DNA of 46,538 bases from Candidatus Collierbacteria bacterium (GTDB taxonomy: Bacteria; Patescibacteriota; Microgenomatia; UBA1400; MFAQ01), in the NCBI GenBank assembly GCA_903873735.1, contig CAIQPO010000037.1:1-46538 (forward strand). Reading direction: 5' to 3'. The notes under the pieces are model-generated. The model saw only the letters and a list, made by a program, of their open reading frames with translations. It did no database searches and was not told the DNA's origin. Positions 20,095-29,726 of the stretch are shown here, piece by piece (the first letter of the stretch is position 1; each line of letters opens with the position of its first letter). The translations under genes and the position numbers were made by a program.

Positions 20095-21933
20095 CTATTT
20101 CACAAACTGCAGGTAGAGGCGGCGTACGCCAGAACCAAGCGACTCCTGCTTAACTACTTTTATCTTAGCAAGTTTACCGGTATTCGTCACATGGGGACCG
20201 CCACAAAATTCTTTGGAAATTGTTTTTTTGTCATCCCCTATGGTGTAAACGGAAACAGTGTCTGGATACTTTTGGCCGAAAAAAGCTAATGCGCCGGAGT
20301 TTAGAGCTTCATCTTTAGGCATTTCAGTCCTAGTAACGGGAAAATTACCAATTATCGAAGAATTTATATCTGCCTCGATTTTTTGGATTTCTACATCAGA
20401 CAATTTTTCCTCACAAGAAAAATCAAACCGTAATCTTTCGGCAGTAATGTTTGAGCCTTTTTGCTGAACATGATTACCAACTATTCGGCGAAGAGCAGAA
20501 TGAAGTAGATGGGTGGCAGTGTGATAGGCAGTAACTGTATCAGAATGGTCTGCCAACCCGCCTTTAAACATGCCGGCAGATGAGGTTCTGGAAAGGATTT
20601 GATGTTTTTCGAATTCAGTCTTAAACTGATCGAGATTTATTTTCTTACCGAATTGAGAAAGAATTTCAAGAGTTATCTCAAGCGGAAAGCCATAGTTCTG
20701 GTAAAGGTCAAAGGCACCTTTGCCATCAATATCTTGATTTTTGTTTAGCTCCTTAATTCCACGATCTAAGCTTTTTGAGAACTTGTCCAGTTCACCGGAG
20801 ATGGTTTGAATAATTTGATCACGATTTGATTTATCAAAGTAAACTCCTTGGTATATATCCATGACTGAGCCGGCAAGTGTCGATAGTTCACCTAAGCCTT
20901 CTCTACTGCCTGTAAGGAAATAATGTTTCACCGCGGCTCTTCGCAAGAGACGTCTTAAGACATACCCCTGAGCTTTATTTGAGGGAATGACTCCATCATT
21001 TATTAGGAAGGTAGCTGCGGTAAGGTGGTCGGCAATGATGCGCATTGGGGGCTTGTTGGCATCATCTTCATACGACTTGCCTGTAATCTTGGATATTGAC
21101 TTTATTAGGGATGAAAATGCAGAAGTATTGAAGACGTCAGAGTCGTTGTTTATTGCTGCAGCCAACCTGGTAAGACCTCCTCCAAAGTCAATATTTTTTG
21201 CTGGGAGCTCTGAAAGACTACCGTCAGGCTGTTTTATGTATTGCATAAACACAGAGTTGCCGATCTCTAGATATCTACCACAATCACAGTTTGGATGACA
21301 AGGTTCGTCTTTCCAGATAGATTTTTGGTGGAGATTTTCGTCGGGACCAAAATCGTAAAAAACCTCACTGTCCGGACCACCAGGCTCGCCAGTTGGCATT
21401 TGGTCTGGGGTTCCAGCTCTTGACCACCAGTTCTTCTTGGCAGGATATGAGAAAATTCTCTCGTCTTCTTTGGCGTCTATTCCGTGTTGTGCAAAAAGTT
21501 TTTGCCAAATAACGACGGCTTCGCTGTCTTTTTCCACCCCATTCCCGCCAGAAAAGACACTTACGTACAGCTTATTTGGATTAATACCTAAACCTTCTTT
21601 GGGGTCTGTAAGGAAGGTATAAAACCAGTCAAGTTGCTCATTTTTAAAATAGTCCCCTAGTGACCAGTTGCCTAACATTTCAAAAAAAGTGGTGTGACGA
21701 TTATCTCCAACCTCCTCAATATCTTGAGATCTAAAACATTTTTGACTGTCGACAACACGATTACCCAGGGGGTGCTTCTCACCTAAAAGGTATGGCATCA
21801 TTGGTTGCATGCCTGCAGAAGTAAACAGAGTAGTGGCATCACCTTCTGGGACGAGAGAGGTGGAGGGGATGATTGCATGCCCTCTTTTGGAAAAGAAATC
21901 TAGATATTTTTGACGAATAGAGTTTATGTCCAT
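20095..21933 (-). CDS. alaS: Alanine--tRNA ligase, compact form without C-Ala
   Basis: TLFTSAGMQP, HTTFFEMLGNWSLGDYFK, GYVLRRLLRR, editing motifs HTATH and CGGPH; ends at GVRRLY. Confidence 0.97.
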   Translation of the reverse strand: MDINSIRQKYLDFFSKRGHAIIPSTSLVPEGDATTLFTSAGMQPMMPYLLGEKHPLGNRVVDSQKCFRSQDIEEVGDNRHTTFFEMLGNWSLGDYFKNEQLDWFYTFLTDPKEGLGINPNKLYVSVFSGGNGVEKDSEAVVIWQKLFAQHGIDAKEDERIFSYPAKKNWWSRAGTPDQMPTGEPGGPDSEVFYDFGPDENLHQKSIWKDEPCHPNCDCGRYLEIGNSVFMQYIKQPDGSLSELPAKNIDFGGGLTRLAAAINNDSDVFNTSAFSSLIKSISKITGKSYEDDANKPPMRIIADHLTAATFLINDGVIPSNKAQGYVLRRLLRRAAVKHYFLTGSREGLGELSTLAGSVMDIYQGVYFDKSNRDQIIQTISGELDKFSKSLDRGIKELNKNQDIDGKGAFDLYQNYGFPLEITLEILSQFGKKINLDQFKTEFEKHQILSRTSSAGMFKGGLADHSDTVTAYHTATHLLHSALRRIVGNHVQQKGSNITAERLRFDFSCEEKLSDVEIQKIEADINSSIIGNFPVTRTEMPKDEALNSGALAFFGQKYPDTVSVYTIGDDKKTISKEFCGGPHVTNTGKLAKIKVVKQESLGSGVRRLYLQFVK

Positions 21934-21964
21934 TTGAGTACAAATTATAACTGATAGAGCATAT

Positions 21965-21988
21965 AAAAACCCACCGGTTAGGTGGGTT
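21965..21988 (-). terminator. Intrinsic terminator of cassette B
   Basis: Stem AACCCACC/GGTGGGTT with a T-run on the minus strand. Confidence 0.8.
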
Positions 21989-21993
21989 GTATT

Positions 21994-22527
21994 TTAGTAG
22001 ACGGGAATAATCTTCCCGGTGGGCGCACCGCAGTTGGTGCAAGAGCCAGGATTGTGGGTAAAGCCCGTGCCGCAATGATCACAGACGAGACGGATTTCTG
22101 AGATTCCGCTGCCGGCATAACGGCGACTGTTTTCCAATATTGCCTCGACGGAGACCCCAAGTTTGGAGGCGAGTATCTCGATCATTTTTTGGCGGAAATT
22201 TTTAACCAGGTCCACCAGGTCCTCATCGCGAGTGCGAACGGCTTTGACAATGCCGCCGCCCCGAGTCTCCGTGTTACTGATCGCAAATGAGATGTACCTG
22301 CAGGTTGGAGCAACTGCCTCAAGGCTAAATTGAAAGCCAACCTTTACTGCCACGGCAAAGGTAGAGTAAGGAACCTTGGCTACCAACCTGAATGCCTCAA
22401 GATCTGCTGTGTAGTTGATTTCCTTGCATGGTTCCAGTTTCAGTTGGGAAACTGCTTCGTCGAAGCATTCAATAACCAACTGCCCGGTGATTGGACGGGG
22501 GGAATAGACAGACATACAGATATTCAC
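21994..22527 (-). CDS. Orphan protein with C-terminal zinc ribbon (cassette B)
   Basis: CDHCG...CTNCG at the C-terminus; start set at GTG 22527 behind SD GGAGGT (ATG 22515 is an alternative). Confidence 0.75.
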   Translation of the reverse strand: MNICMSVYSPRPITGQLVIECFDEAVSQLKLEPCKEINYTADLEAFRLVAKVPYSTFAVAVKVGFQFSLEAVAPTCRYISFAISNTETRGGGIVKAVRTRDEDLVDLVKNFRQKMIEILASKLGVSVEAILENSRRYAGSGISEIRLVCDHCGTGFTHNPGSCTNCGAPTGKIIPVY

Positions 22528-22531
22528 AGAC

Positions 22532-22599
22532 ACCTCCGGAAGATGAAATTTGAAAGGAACAAGTGGGAATATTTTATCCTATAACTAGTTTTTAGTCAA
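22532..22599 (-). promoter_or_regulatory. Cassette B promoter, leader motif and SD
   Basis: TTGACT (22599-22594)-17 nt-TAAAAT (22576-22571); GTTCCTTTCAAA (22560-22549); GGAGGT (22537-22532). Confidence 0.78.
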
Positions 22600-22630
22600 T
22601 TACTAACAAACATCTCTTAAAGAATTGCAT

Positions 22631-22658
22631 AAAAAAAGAGATCGCAGTTGCGATCTCT
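22631..22658 (-). terminator. Intrinsic terminator of cassette C
   Basis: Stem AGAGATCGC/GCGATCTCT, 4-nt loop, T7 on the minus strand. Confidence 0.88.
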
Positions 22659-22665
22659 GATGTTT

Positions 22666-22851
22666 CTAGTTTATGAGTGAAATAACCACCCAAAGAATCA
22701 GGCAAATAGCTCCCGGCACGAAGGCGTAGGTTAGAATCCCCCAAATCAAAACAGAAAGATCATAGGAGCTAATGGCCTTCTTTGTCTGATAGAAAGAAAA
22801 TACAGACAAGATAATCAAGACCAAACCTGAAACTAAAAGTGCTACTTCCAT
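22666..22851 (-). CDS. Orphan 61-aa two-TM membrane protein (cassette C)
   Basis: Two hydrophobic helices; own promoter, closely spaced SD and terminator. Confidence 0.7.
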   Translation of the reverse strand: MEVALLVSGLVLIILSVFSFYQTKKAISSYDLSVLIWGILTYAFVPGAICLILWVVISLIN

Positions 22852-22852
22852 A

Positions 22853-22925
22853 CTCCTCCAAACTTGCAGCCTTAGACGGCAAAGTCAATTTGAGGAATTG
22901 TAATATATAGCTGAAAATTTGTCAA
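22853..22925 (-). promoter_or_regulatory. Cassette C promoter and SD
   Basis: TTGACA (22925-22920)-17 nt-TACAAT (22902-22897); GGAGGAG (22859-22853). Confidence 0.8.
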
Positions 22926-22937
22926 CCTATAGCCTTG

Positions 22938-23237
22938 TTATCGAAGATATTCTGGTTTTTGTGGAGAAATTGCTGGAGGTGGAGGGGGAAGCTCCTCTGT
23001 GTAGGTGACATGATGGGGAGTTTCTTCCGGCATGGTAATTGGGGGTAAGAAATCAGGAACAGACTCTTTTTTTTCGTGAGTAACGAGAGTGTTTAATTTG
23101 AGGGGCAGGGAGTCGATAATTTCCTTAGCAAGTGATCTACCTTCCTTTGTGCCAAAAACCATAGCCCCTAAGACCCCAAGTGTTAGGCCGAGCATGAAAG
23201 TGTGGTATGTATTATCCTGATGTTTATTCTGACTCAT
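22938..23237 (-). CDS. YtxH-like membrane protein
   Basis: FMLGLTLGVLGAMVFGTKEGRSL resembles the YtxH pattern; Pro-rich tail. Confidence 0.65.
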   Translation of the reverse strand: MSQNKHQDNTYHTFMLGLTLGVLGAMVFGTKEGRSLAKEIIDSLPLKLNTLVTHEKKESVPDFLPPITMPEETPHHVTYTEELPPPPPAISPQKPEYLR

Positions 23238-23520
23238 AGCTGTCTACTTCGACTGGATGTGACCTTTTTTTACCGATAAGTTGCGAGACAACCTCGACAA
23301 TTTTTCCTGATTGTTTGAGTCCCTCAATGATGGCGAATAATCCCACTGCGGGTTGGGAAATTTTTTGGAGAGTAGTGTCTGCAGTATCGAGGGTGTCGTT
23401 TAGCTTGCTAACGGTGACTCGAAGATCTTTTAGTAAGACAATAAGCTGCACTCCGACTATGCTTGCTATAACTGTAAGCAGAGCGGTAGATACAAGAGAA
23501 ACAATTTGCATTGGTGACAT
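23224..23520 (-). CDS. DUF948/YtxG-like membrane coiled-coil protein
   Basis: N-terminal TM then heptad pattern LKDLRVTVSKLNDTLD; paired with the YtxH-like gene. Confidence 0.6.
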   Translation of the reverse strand: MSPMQIVSLVSTALLTVIASIVGVQLIVLLKDLRVTVSKLNDTLDTADTTLQKISQPAVGLFAIIEGLKQSGKIVEVVSQLIGKKRSHPVEVDSYESE

Positions 23521-23545
23521 AAGTCAATAATAGCAGAGTAAGGCC

Positions 23546-24172
23546 TTACTGACTGATGATGGTTAGAGGAATTTTTTCTTCAGAGGTGCGACCGAAGCGG
23601 TTGGTGGCTTCAATTTTTAAGTTTAGTTCGCCGACAGCATGTGACATTCTAACAATGAAGTGACCAGAGGTATCTGCCTTGGCATACACCTCGTCGGCAA
23701 TGGATATTCTTACCCCAGGTTCGCTTATACCTTCAACCTCAAATGGACTGGTTAGCACTGAGCCGGATGCAGGTCTGACAATTTCAAGTGAAGGAGGCTT
23801 GATTACAGCTCTAAATTGAAAAAGAAGGTAGCCAGTGAAGACAATTACTGATAAAGCAACGACGATTAAGTGAGAGGGAAAATGGACTAAGGGAGTGTGT
23901 CGCTTGTGTATATTTTTGGTAGTTTTGTTTGGCTGTGGATGACGATAGTCTCGCCTAAAGATTGCTACCAAGTCGTTGGGGTTTTTATCTAGCCTGACAG
24001 ACAGGTTTCTAATAAAACCTTTAGCGACTGTTTCCGAAGGAAGCAAGTGATACTGATCTTTTTCCAGCGCCTCGATATACTTTTGATCAATACGAGTTAT
24101 GGAGGAAAGCTGGGCTGGGGTTAGCAGTTTATCAAGACGAGCTTCTTTTAAAATCTGACCAGCAGTTTTCAT
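23546..24172 (-). CDS. RodZ-like HTH membrane protein with Ig-like C-domain
   Basis: GQILKEAR, TRIDQKYIEALEKDQYHLLP..KGFIRN, one TM, beta-rich tail; follows ftsK. Confidence 0.78.
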   Translation of the reverse strand: MKTAGQILKEARLDKLLTPAQLSSITRIDQKYIEALEKDQYHLLPSETVAKGFIRNLSVRLDKNPNDLVAIFRRDYRHPQPNKTTKNIHKRHTPLVHFPSHLIVVALSVIVFTGYLLFQFRAVIKPPSLEIVRPASGSVLTSPFEVEGISEPGVRISIADEVYAKADTSGHFIVRMSHAVGELNLKIEATNRFGRTSEEKIPLTIISQ

Positions 24173-24174
24173 AG

Positions 24175-26316
24175 TTATCCATCTGATTCAGGTTCTTGTC
24201 CCAAGTACTCTTCAAAGCTATTAATAAGTATTTCGTGAGGTTTGTTCCCCTCCGCTGCCGAAATGATACCACGAGCATGGAGCTGGTCTATGATTCTCGC
24301 TGCTCTTGCATATCCAATCTCCAAGCGTCTTTGGAGAAGAGAGGCAGATGCCTTTTGAGAAGAGATGCAGATTCTAGCCGCTTCTTCGAATTTGTCATCC
24401 ACATCGCCTAAGTCCCTACCATCAAGAGAGGTGGTACCAGTGGACTTGGCTTTGGTAACGGTCTCGTCGTGGTTAGCAGAAACTCCAAGTGATTGGATAA
24501 ATTGGATAAGGTTACCAATTTCTTTTTCGGAAACCCAGGCACCTTGAATTCTTTTTGGTTTGGCTAGATCAGGTGGAATAAACAACATATCACCCTTGCC
24601 TAGGAGTTTTTCGGCTCCAGGACTATCGATAATAACGCGGCTATCAATCATCGAGGTGACCTGGAAAGCTATACGTGCGGGGATATTTGCTTTGATAAGA
24701 CCAGTAAGAACATTGACTGATGGTCTCTGGGTAGCTAAGACCAAGTGGATACCTACTGCGCGCGCCATCTGAGCAAGTCTGACTATGCATTGCTCTACAT
24801 CACCAGCTGACTTACTCATCATAATATCAGCCATTTCGTCGATAATAATGATGATATAAGGCATTGAGCTGTATCCTGAGAGCTCATGATAACTGGCGAT
24901 GTTTTTAACACCAGTTTCCTGGAAAATACGGTATCTTTTTTCCATTTCCGCCACAGCCCACGAAAGTGCATTGACCACTTTATCAACATCAACAATAACT
25001 GGAGTGAGCAGGTGAGGAATTGTTTGGTACGGAGTAAGCTCGACGCGCTTGGGATCTACCATAATAAACTTAACCTCTTCAGGGGAAGCACGGAAAAGTA
25101 TGGAGGAAATGAAGGTGTTTATGAGCACTGATTTTCCAGAACCTGTGGTTCCTGCAATAAGAATGTGCGGCATTTTTGCCAGGTCAACAACTGTAGCCTT
25201 ACCGGACACATCGAGACCCAGACTAGTAAGGGTTTTTGATTTACTCTCCCTCATGGGATCAGAGTTCAACATCTGTCTTAGAGAAACAAACTCTAGTGAC
25301 TTGTTGGGTATTTCAACACCGACAAGGTCTCTACCTGGAATTGGAGCTTCAATACGGATCTGACCTTGGGGAGCAGATAAGGCAAGAGCGAGATCTGATT
25401 GGAGGGCGTTGATTTTTGAGACTTTGGTACCCATGGCAATCTTGAGAGCATATTGGGTAACTGCAGGTCCATAATTGACCTCAACTACTTTGGCGAGAAT
25501 ACCAAAGGAGTTTAAGGTGTCTTGAATGATTTCAACATTTTTATTCACATCTCCTCTATCTGCCTTGCCTAGTTTTTGGTCAGATAACAGTGATATGGGT
25601 GGTGTTTGCCAAACTGTGTCCATGGCACCATCGGGACGAGTTAGTTTGGGCGAGGAGGTGACTAGAGGTTCGGAGTTTTGGATTTTTAGTTGTGGCTTGT
25701 CGTCTTTCTTGCCGAAGTCGACGGTTTCAGAACCCAAACCTGAGTCGTTTTTGTTTATCTTTACTTCGAATGGCTTGCCCTGAAAGACAAGGTCTTTGCT
25801 TTTTGGAGCAATACCTTTAGTTTTTTGAGCAATGTTTTGGATTTTTTCTGAGAGCTCTTGATATAAAACTATTAAGTCTTCGATTGAGGTTTCAAACAGG
25901 ATGATGATGCCAATAATGGCTCCAATGAGAAAAAAGAGAAAACTTCCTGGAGGGGATATGAGCGTAGCGACTGAGGTAAAAAGCTGCAAACCCAGAATTC
26001 CTGATTTTGATACTCCCGACATTGCCAGCATAACAATGACAGAACCAAGTAAGACATGTGGTGAGGCGATTGAAAGTTTGGCAGAAGTAATCATTAACCC
26101 TCCAACTACGAAGACGAAGGGAAGGAGTAGATAGGTCCAACCAAACACTGCTGTGCCAATTTCATAGACTTTGGTAAGAAAAGTGCCTTGCTGGAGAAAG
26201 GAGACAGCAATCAAACCACCTATTCCAGCAACTAAGATAGCAAAGATTGAATTCATGCTATCTTTTTTGATGCTGACTTTAAATGGTTTGTTGCGACGAC
26301 CTTTCTTTCGAGCCAT
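24175..26316 (-). CDS. ftsK: DNA translocase FtsK/SpoIIIE
   Basis: N-terminal TMs, RIEAPIPG, PHILIAGTTGSGKS, LATQRPS, gamma domain SLLQRRLEIGYARAARIID. Confidence 0.97.
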   Translation of the reverse strand: MARKKGRRNKPFKVSIKKDSMNSIFAILVAGIGGLIAVSFLQQGTFLTKVYEIGTAVFGWTYLLLPFVFVVGGLMITSAKLSIASPHVLLGSVIVMLAMSGVSKSGILGLQLFTSVATLISPPGSFLFFLIGAIIGIIILFETSIEDLIVLYQELSEKIQNIAQKTKGIAPKSKDLVFQGKPFEVKINKNDSGLGSETVDFGKKDDKPQLKIQNSEPLVTSSPKLTRPDGAMDTVWQTPPISLLSDQKLGKADRGDVNKNVEIIQDTLNSFGILAKVVEVNYGPAVTQYALKIAMGTKVSKINALQSDLALALSAPQGQIRIEAPIPGRDLVGVEIPNKSLEFVSLRQMLNSDPMRESKSKTLTSLGLDVSGKATVVDLAKMPHILIAGTTGSGKSVLINTFISSILFRASPEEVKFIMVDPKRVELTPYQTIPHLLTPVIVDVDKVVNALSWAVAEMEKRYRIFQETGVKNIASYHELSGYSSMPYIIIIIDEMADIMMSKSAGDVEQCIVRLAQMARAVGIHLVLATQRPSVNVLTGLIKANIPARIAFQVTSMIDSRVIIDSPGAEKLLGKGDMLFIPPDLAKPKRIQGAWVSEKEIGNLIQFIQSLGVSANHDETVTKAKSTGTTSLDGRDLGDVDDKFEEAARICISSQKASASLLQRRLEIGYARAARIIDQLHARGIISAAEGNKPHEILINSFEEYLGQEPESDG

Positions 26317-26355
26317 AGGTAAGTTTAGTATAACCTATTGAGGCTCTTTTTTAGG

Positions 26356-28074
26356 TTATACCTCAAGAAGGATGGCAATGATCAGTGGTCTTCGTTGAGT
26401 CTGTTCGTATGCCCACTTCTCAAGCGTGCCTTCTATCTTTTTCCTAATAAATGACCAGTCTATAGCTTGACCTCTTAGGTCTTTTACACAGCCAAGTACC
26501 TGTTTCCTAGCGTCATTGATTAAGTCTCTAGATTCTTTTTGGTAGACAAAGCCTCGAGAAATTATTTCTATATCTCCTGAAATCTGTGAGTTGTCTTTTC
26601 GCAATGGTACGATGGCGACCAGAATGCCATCTTCGGCCATGACCTGTCTGTCTCTTAGAACAACTGTTCCAACATCACCAATACCAAGACCGTCAACATA
26701 AACATTTCTTGCTTCTACCTTTGGACCATCCTTGATACCATCTTTGTTGATAAGCAAGGTCTGACCTAGAAGGGTTATGATTTTGTCCTCGGAGTAGCCC
26801 ATGTCTTTTACGGCCATACTCTTGTAGATAGTGAGATGGCGAATATTACCACCCATTGGAGCGATATATTTCGGCTTTACTAGTCTGGCTAGAAGTTGCA
26901 TATCACCACTGTATCCATGTCCTGAGACGTGAATTTTTTCTGTTGATCCCGAATAAACTACTTCCACACCTCGGCCGTAAAGAGTGTCAATTAGCTCATA
27001 AACATCACCTTCGTTTCCAGGGATGGCGTCACTACTAATAACTACCTTGTCACCTTTTTTAAGCCTAATGATTCGATGTTCGTCATTTGCAATTCTATGC
27101 ATGGCGGAACCAGCTTGTCCTTGAGCACCTGAAACAATAACCACCACATCCTTACTTGGCATGTGTGGAACTTTTTGGGTTTCGATGAACAGGCCATTAG
27201 GAGCCTTTAGAAATCCGTGTTTGATGGAAGCTTCGACATTCTGTTCCACCGACCTGCCAACAAAAGCAACTTTTCGGTTGAATTTTACAGCAGCGTTGAT
27301 AATCATTTGTATTCTTGAAATTGAGGAGGCAATGGTAGTAAAGACAAATTTTCCTGAAGTACCTTGCATTTCACTCTCAAGTGCCTTCAAGAGAGATCTC
27401 TCAGAGGGACAAAAACCTGCCTTATCAACCTTCAAACTATCAGTAAGCATTAAATCTACTCCCTCGTCACCGGCTTTAGCCATGGCAGATAGGTCTGCCG
27501 GATGGTTGTCGAGTGGGGTTAGGTCGAATTTATAATCTGCTCCGTGGTAGACAGTGGCTGCGGGGGTTTTGATTAAGATGTGATAGCAGTTGGGAACTGA
27601 GTGGGTGGCGTGTATAAACTCAAGATGGAATGGTCCAAGGTTGAGAGTGCCTTCAGTGGGAGTCATCACGTTTTTGAGACCGAATTCTCTCACTTTAATC
27701 TCGGCTAGAGCAATAGCAAGAGATGACCCGTAAACACGAGCGTTGGGCAGTCTGGGCAAGATATATGGCAGACCACCAATATGATCCATATGAGCATGGG
27801 TCAGGATAATGCCATGAAATCTTTTCTTTGATTTCTCAATGTATGAGATATCAGGAATAATGGCGTCTACTCCAAGAGCTTCATCTTTAGGGAAGCCCAT
27901 TCCACAATCAATGGCGATTTGGTCGTCACCGTATTCGTAGACGTACATATTTTTAGTAACATCTCCAACACCTCCAAGCGGAATAAGCTTAAGGGTAGGT
28001 TGATTTGGTTTTACCGGCGGTTTGGGCCGATTATTTTGACCAGCACTAGCTGATCTAGGTTTTGTATTTTCCAT
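26356..28074 (-). CDS. rnj: Ribonuclease J
   Basis: PLGGVGDVTKN, THAHMDHIGG, HVSGH, VVLRDRQVMAEDG, ISRGFVY. Confidence 0.96.
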   Translation of the reverse strand: MENTKPRSASAGQNNRPKPPVKPNQPTLKLIPLGGVGDVTKNMYVYEYGDDQIAIDCGMGFPKDEALGVDAIIPDISYIEKSKKRFHGIILTHAHMDHIGGLPYILPRLPNARVYGSSLAIALAEIKVREFGLKNVMTPTEGTLNLGPFHLEFIHATHSVPNCYHILIKTPAATVYHGADYKFDLTPLDNHPADLSAMAKAGDEGVDLMLTDSLKVDKAGFCPSERSLLKALESEMQGTSGKFVFTTIASSISRIQMIINAAVKFNRKVAFVGRSVEQNVEASIKHGFLKAPNGLFIETQKVPHMPSKDVVVIVSGAQGQAGSAMHRIANDEHRIIRLKKGDKVVISSDAIPGNEGDVYELIDTLYGRGVEVVYSGSTEKIHVSGHGYSGDMQLLARLVKPKYIAPMGGNIRHLTIYKSMAVKDMGYSEDKIITLLGQTLLINKDGIKDGPKVEARNVYVDGLGIGDVGTVVLRDRQVMAEDGILVAIVPLRKDNSQISGDIEIISRGFVYQKESRDLINDARKQVLGCVKDLRGQAIDWSFIRKKIEGTLEKWAYEQTQRRPLIIAILLEV

Positions 28075-28253
28075 ATTTTGAATTAATAGTAATTAATGGC
28101 TACGACAAATGTCTTACCTATTTCACAAACTTGAAATAGGGGTGATTTATTCTATTCTACACAACTGGAAACCTCGGGGTCTTTTGAGCAAATCTTTAAA
28201 AAGAGGATTGCAGAAGCAGTATCAGTTAAATCAATTCAGGTGACATTATAGCA
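28075..28253 (-). promoter_or_regulatory. rnj extended -10 promoter and long structured 5' UTR
   Basis: TGcTATAAT at 28253-28245; perfect 9-bp hairpin CCTATTTCA/TGAAATAGG at 28117-28140. Confidence 0.55.
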
Positions 28254-28306
28254 CAGCGAGATTTAAGTCTTTACTTTTTGGTTAAGGAGAGTACACTTTT
28301 TCTGAC

Positions 28307-29719
28307 ATGGTGAAAGAAAATAAGACACAAGAGTTGGAGGAAGATCCTGGAGGTAGGAGGAATAAGGTTACACTTAGAGTTTTTAACATGTCTGAGGATG
28401 TCTGGCCATTTATTAGGGAAATGGGAAATAAGCAGAGCAGAGATACCGAGATTGATGAGAATGCAGGATTGGCTGATAGAGATTTATTCACTGAAGCCCG
28501 CAAGAATGACCGCTATATTTTTATTGCACCAAAACCAATAGATTCAGATTTCTTAAGTTATTATCGTAAGCTGTTTAAAACTACAAATCTCGAAGTGTGG
28601 GTGCCTAAAACACATTCTGGAGTAATTTCTAAAGACATCATCAGTGATCGAGTCTTATGGAAAAAGATCGTAAAACTAGGGCGACAGACAAATAAGCTGA
28701 CGGTGACCGCATATACAACATCTCCTTATTTCTTAAAACTGCTAACAAAACTAGCGCTTGCGGGGGTTAATATATCAACCCCCAGTGCCCCAAGAGAAAA
28801 GGATGCCTGGACAGTAAATTTTTTTGGTTCTAAAAGTGGAATTAGACAGTTAGCGCAGATGAGTGGATCAAAGGAGCCAGATTTGGTAATGCCTGATGGC
28901 TTGGTGTGTGCAGGAATCTTTGATGCGGCAAAGATTGCAGCTAATAAATATCTGAGGGAGGGAGGAGTGGTGATTAAGACCAACAAGGGCCATGCTGGTG
29001 CAGGAGTGCTCATTTATCGCAAGGGAGATTTGCCTGATAGTTATTCAAGATGTGAGATAAAAATTAGGTCTGATTTGAAGCTTGATGGCTATTGGAGCAG
29101 ATTTCCGATAGTGGTGGAGTCTTTAATTGAACCTAACTATAAAATTGGTGGTGGATTTCCAAACACTGAGTTTTTAATTAAGCCAAATGGTGAAGTTGAG
29201 CTACTTTACTATTGTGGCATGAGGGTTGACGAAAAGGGAGTTTTCAAGGGGGTAGAAATATCAGATGATGCAATGCCTAAAAAAGTAGCAACAAGAATTA
29301 TTGATACTGGTTTTTTTATTGGAGAAGAGTACGCTAAACGAGGGTATCGTGGATATTTTGACGTGGATTTTATAGCCTCGAAGAAAGGAGAGATTTATAC
29401 AAATGAGTCAAACGTACGATTTACTGGTGGAACACATGTATACAAAGCAGCCAGGGAGTTAGTGGGGAAAAAATTTATGAATAAAGTTTGTGTCCTGTCT
29501 CATAATTCTTATGAGATTAGAAGAAGAAAGATATATTCCTTTGATGAATTATTATCAAAAATAAGCCCTTATCTTTTTGATAAGAAAAGTAAGGAGGGTG
29601 TGGTGGTGGCGTCAGCAAGTCTTTTGGCTCAGAGGAAGCTGGCGTATATCGTTTTTGGGAAGAATAGGAAACGAGCGGAGAAGATCGAAGGTTTTATGGA
29701 GAACGCAATTAATTCCTAA
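28307..29719 (+). CDS. ATP-grasp ligase (resembles PGM1-related peptide ligases)
   Basis: SKSGIRQ, VVIKTNKGHAGAGV, IVVESLI, GYRGYFDVDF, ESNVRFTGGTH (ExNxR metal/ATP motif). Confidence 0.75.
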   Translation: MVKENKTQELEEDPGGRRNKVTLRVFNMSEDVWPFIREMGNKQSRDTEIDENAGLADRDLFTEARKNDRYIFIAPKPIDSDFLSYYRKLFKTTNLEVWVPKTHSGVISKDIISDRVLWKKIVKLGRQTNKLTVTAYTTSPYFLKLLTKLALAGVNISTPSAPREKDAWTVNFFGSKSGIRQLAQMSGSKEPDLVMPDGLVCAGIFDAAKIAANKYLREGGVVIKTNKGHAGAGVLIYRKGDLPDSYSRCEIKIRSDLKLDGYWSRFPIVVESLIEPNYKIGGGFPNTEFLIKPNGEVELLYYCGMRVDEKGVFKGVEISDDAMPKKVATRIIDTGFFIGEEYAKRGYRGYFDVDFIASKKGEIYTNESNVRFTGGTHVYKAARELVGKKFMNKVCVLSHNSYEIRRRKIYSFDELLSKISPYLFDKKSKEGVVVASASLLAQRKLAYIVFGKNRKRAEKIEGFMENAINS

Positions 29720-29726
29720 AGAGAGC

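Noticed and set aside
21965..22925. Integron cassette array
   Set aside because: No intI and no shared attC-like ends; the palindromes are ordinary terminators and each gene has its own promoter
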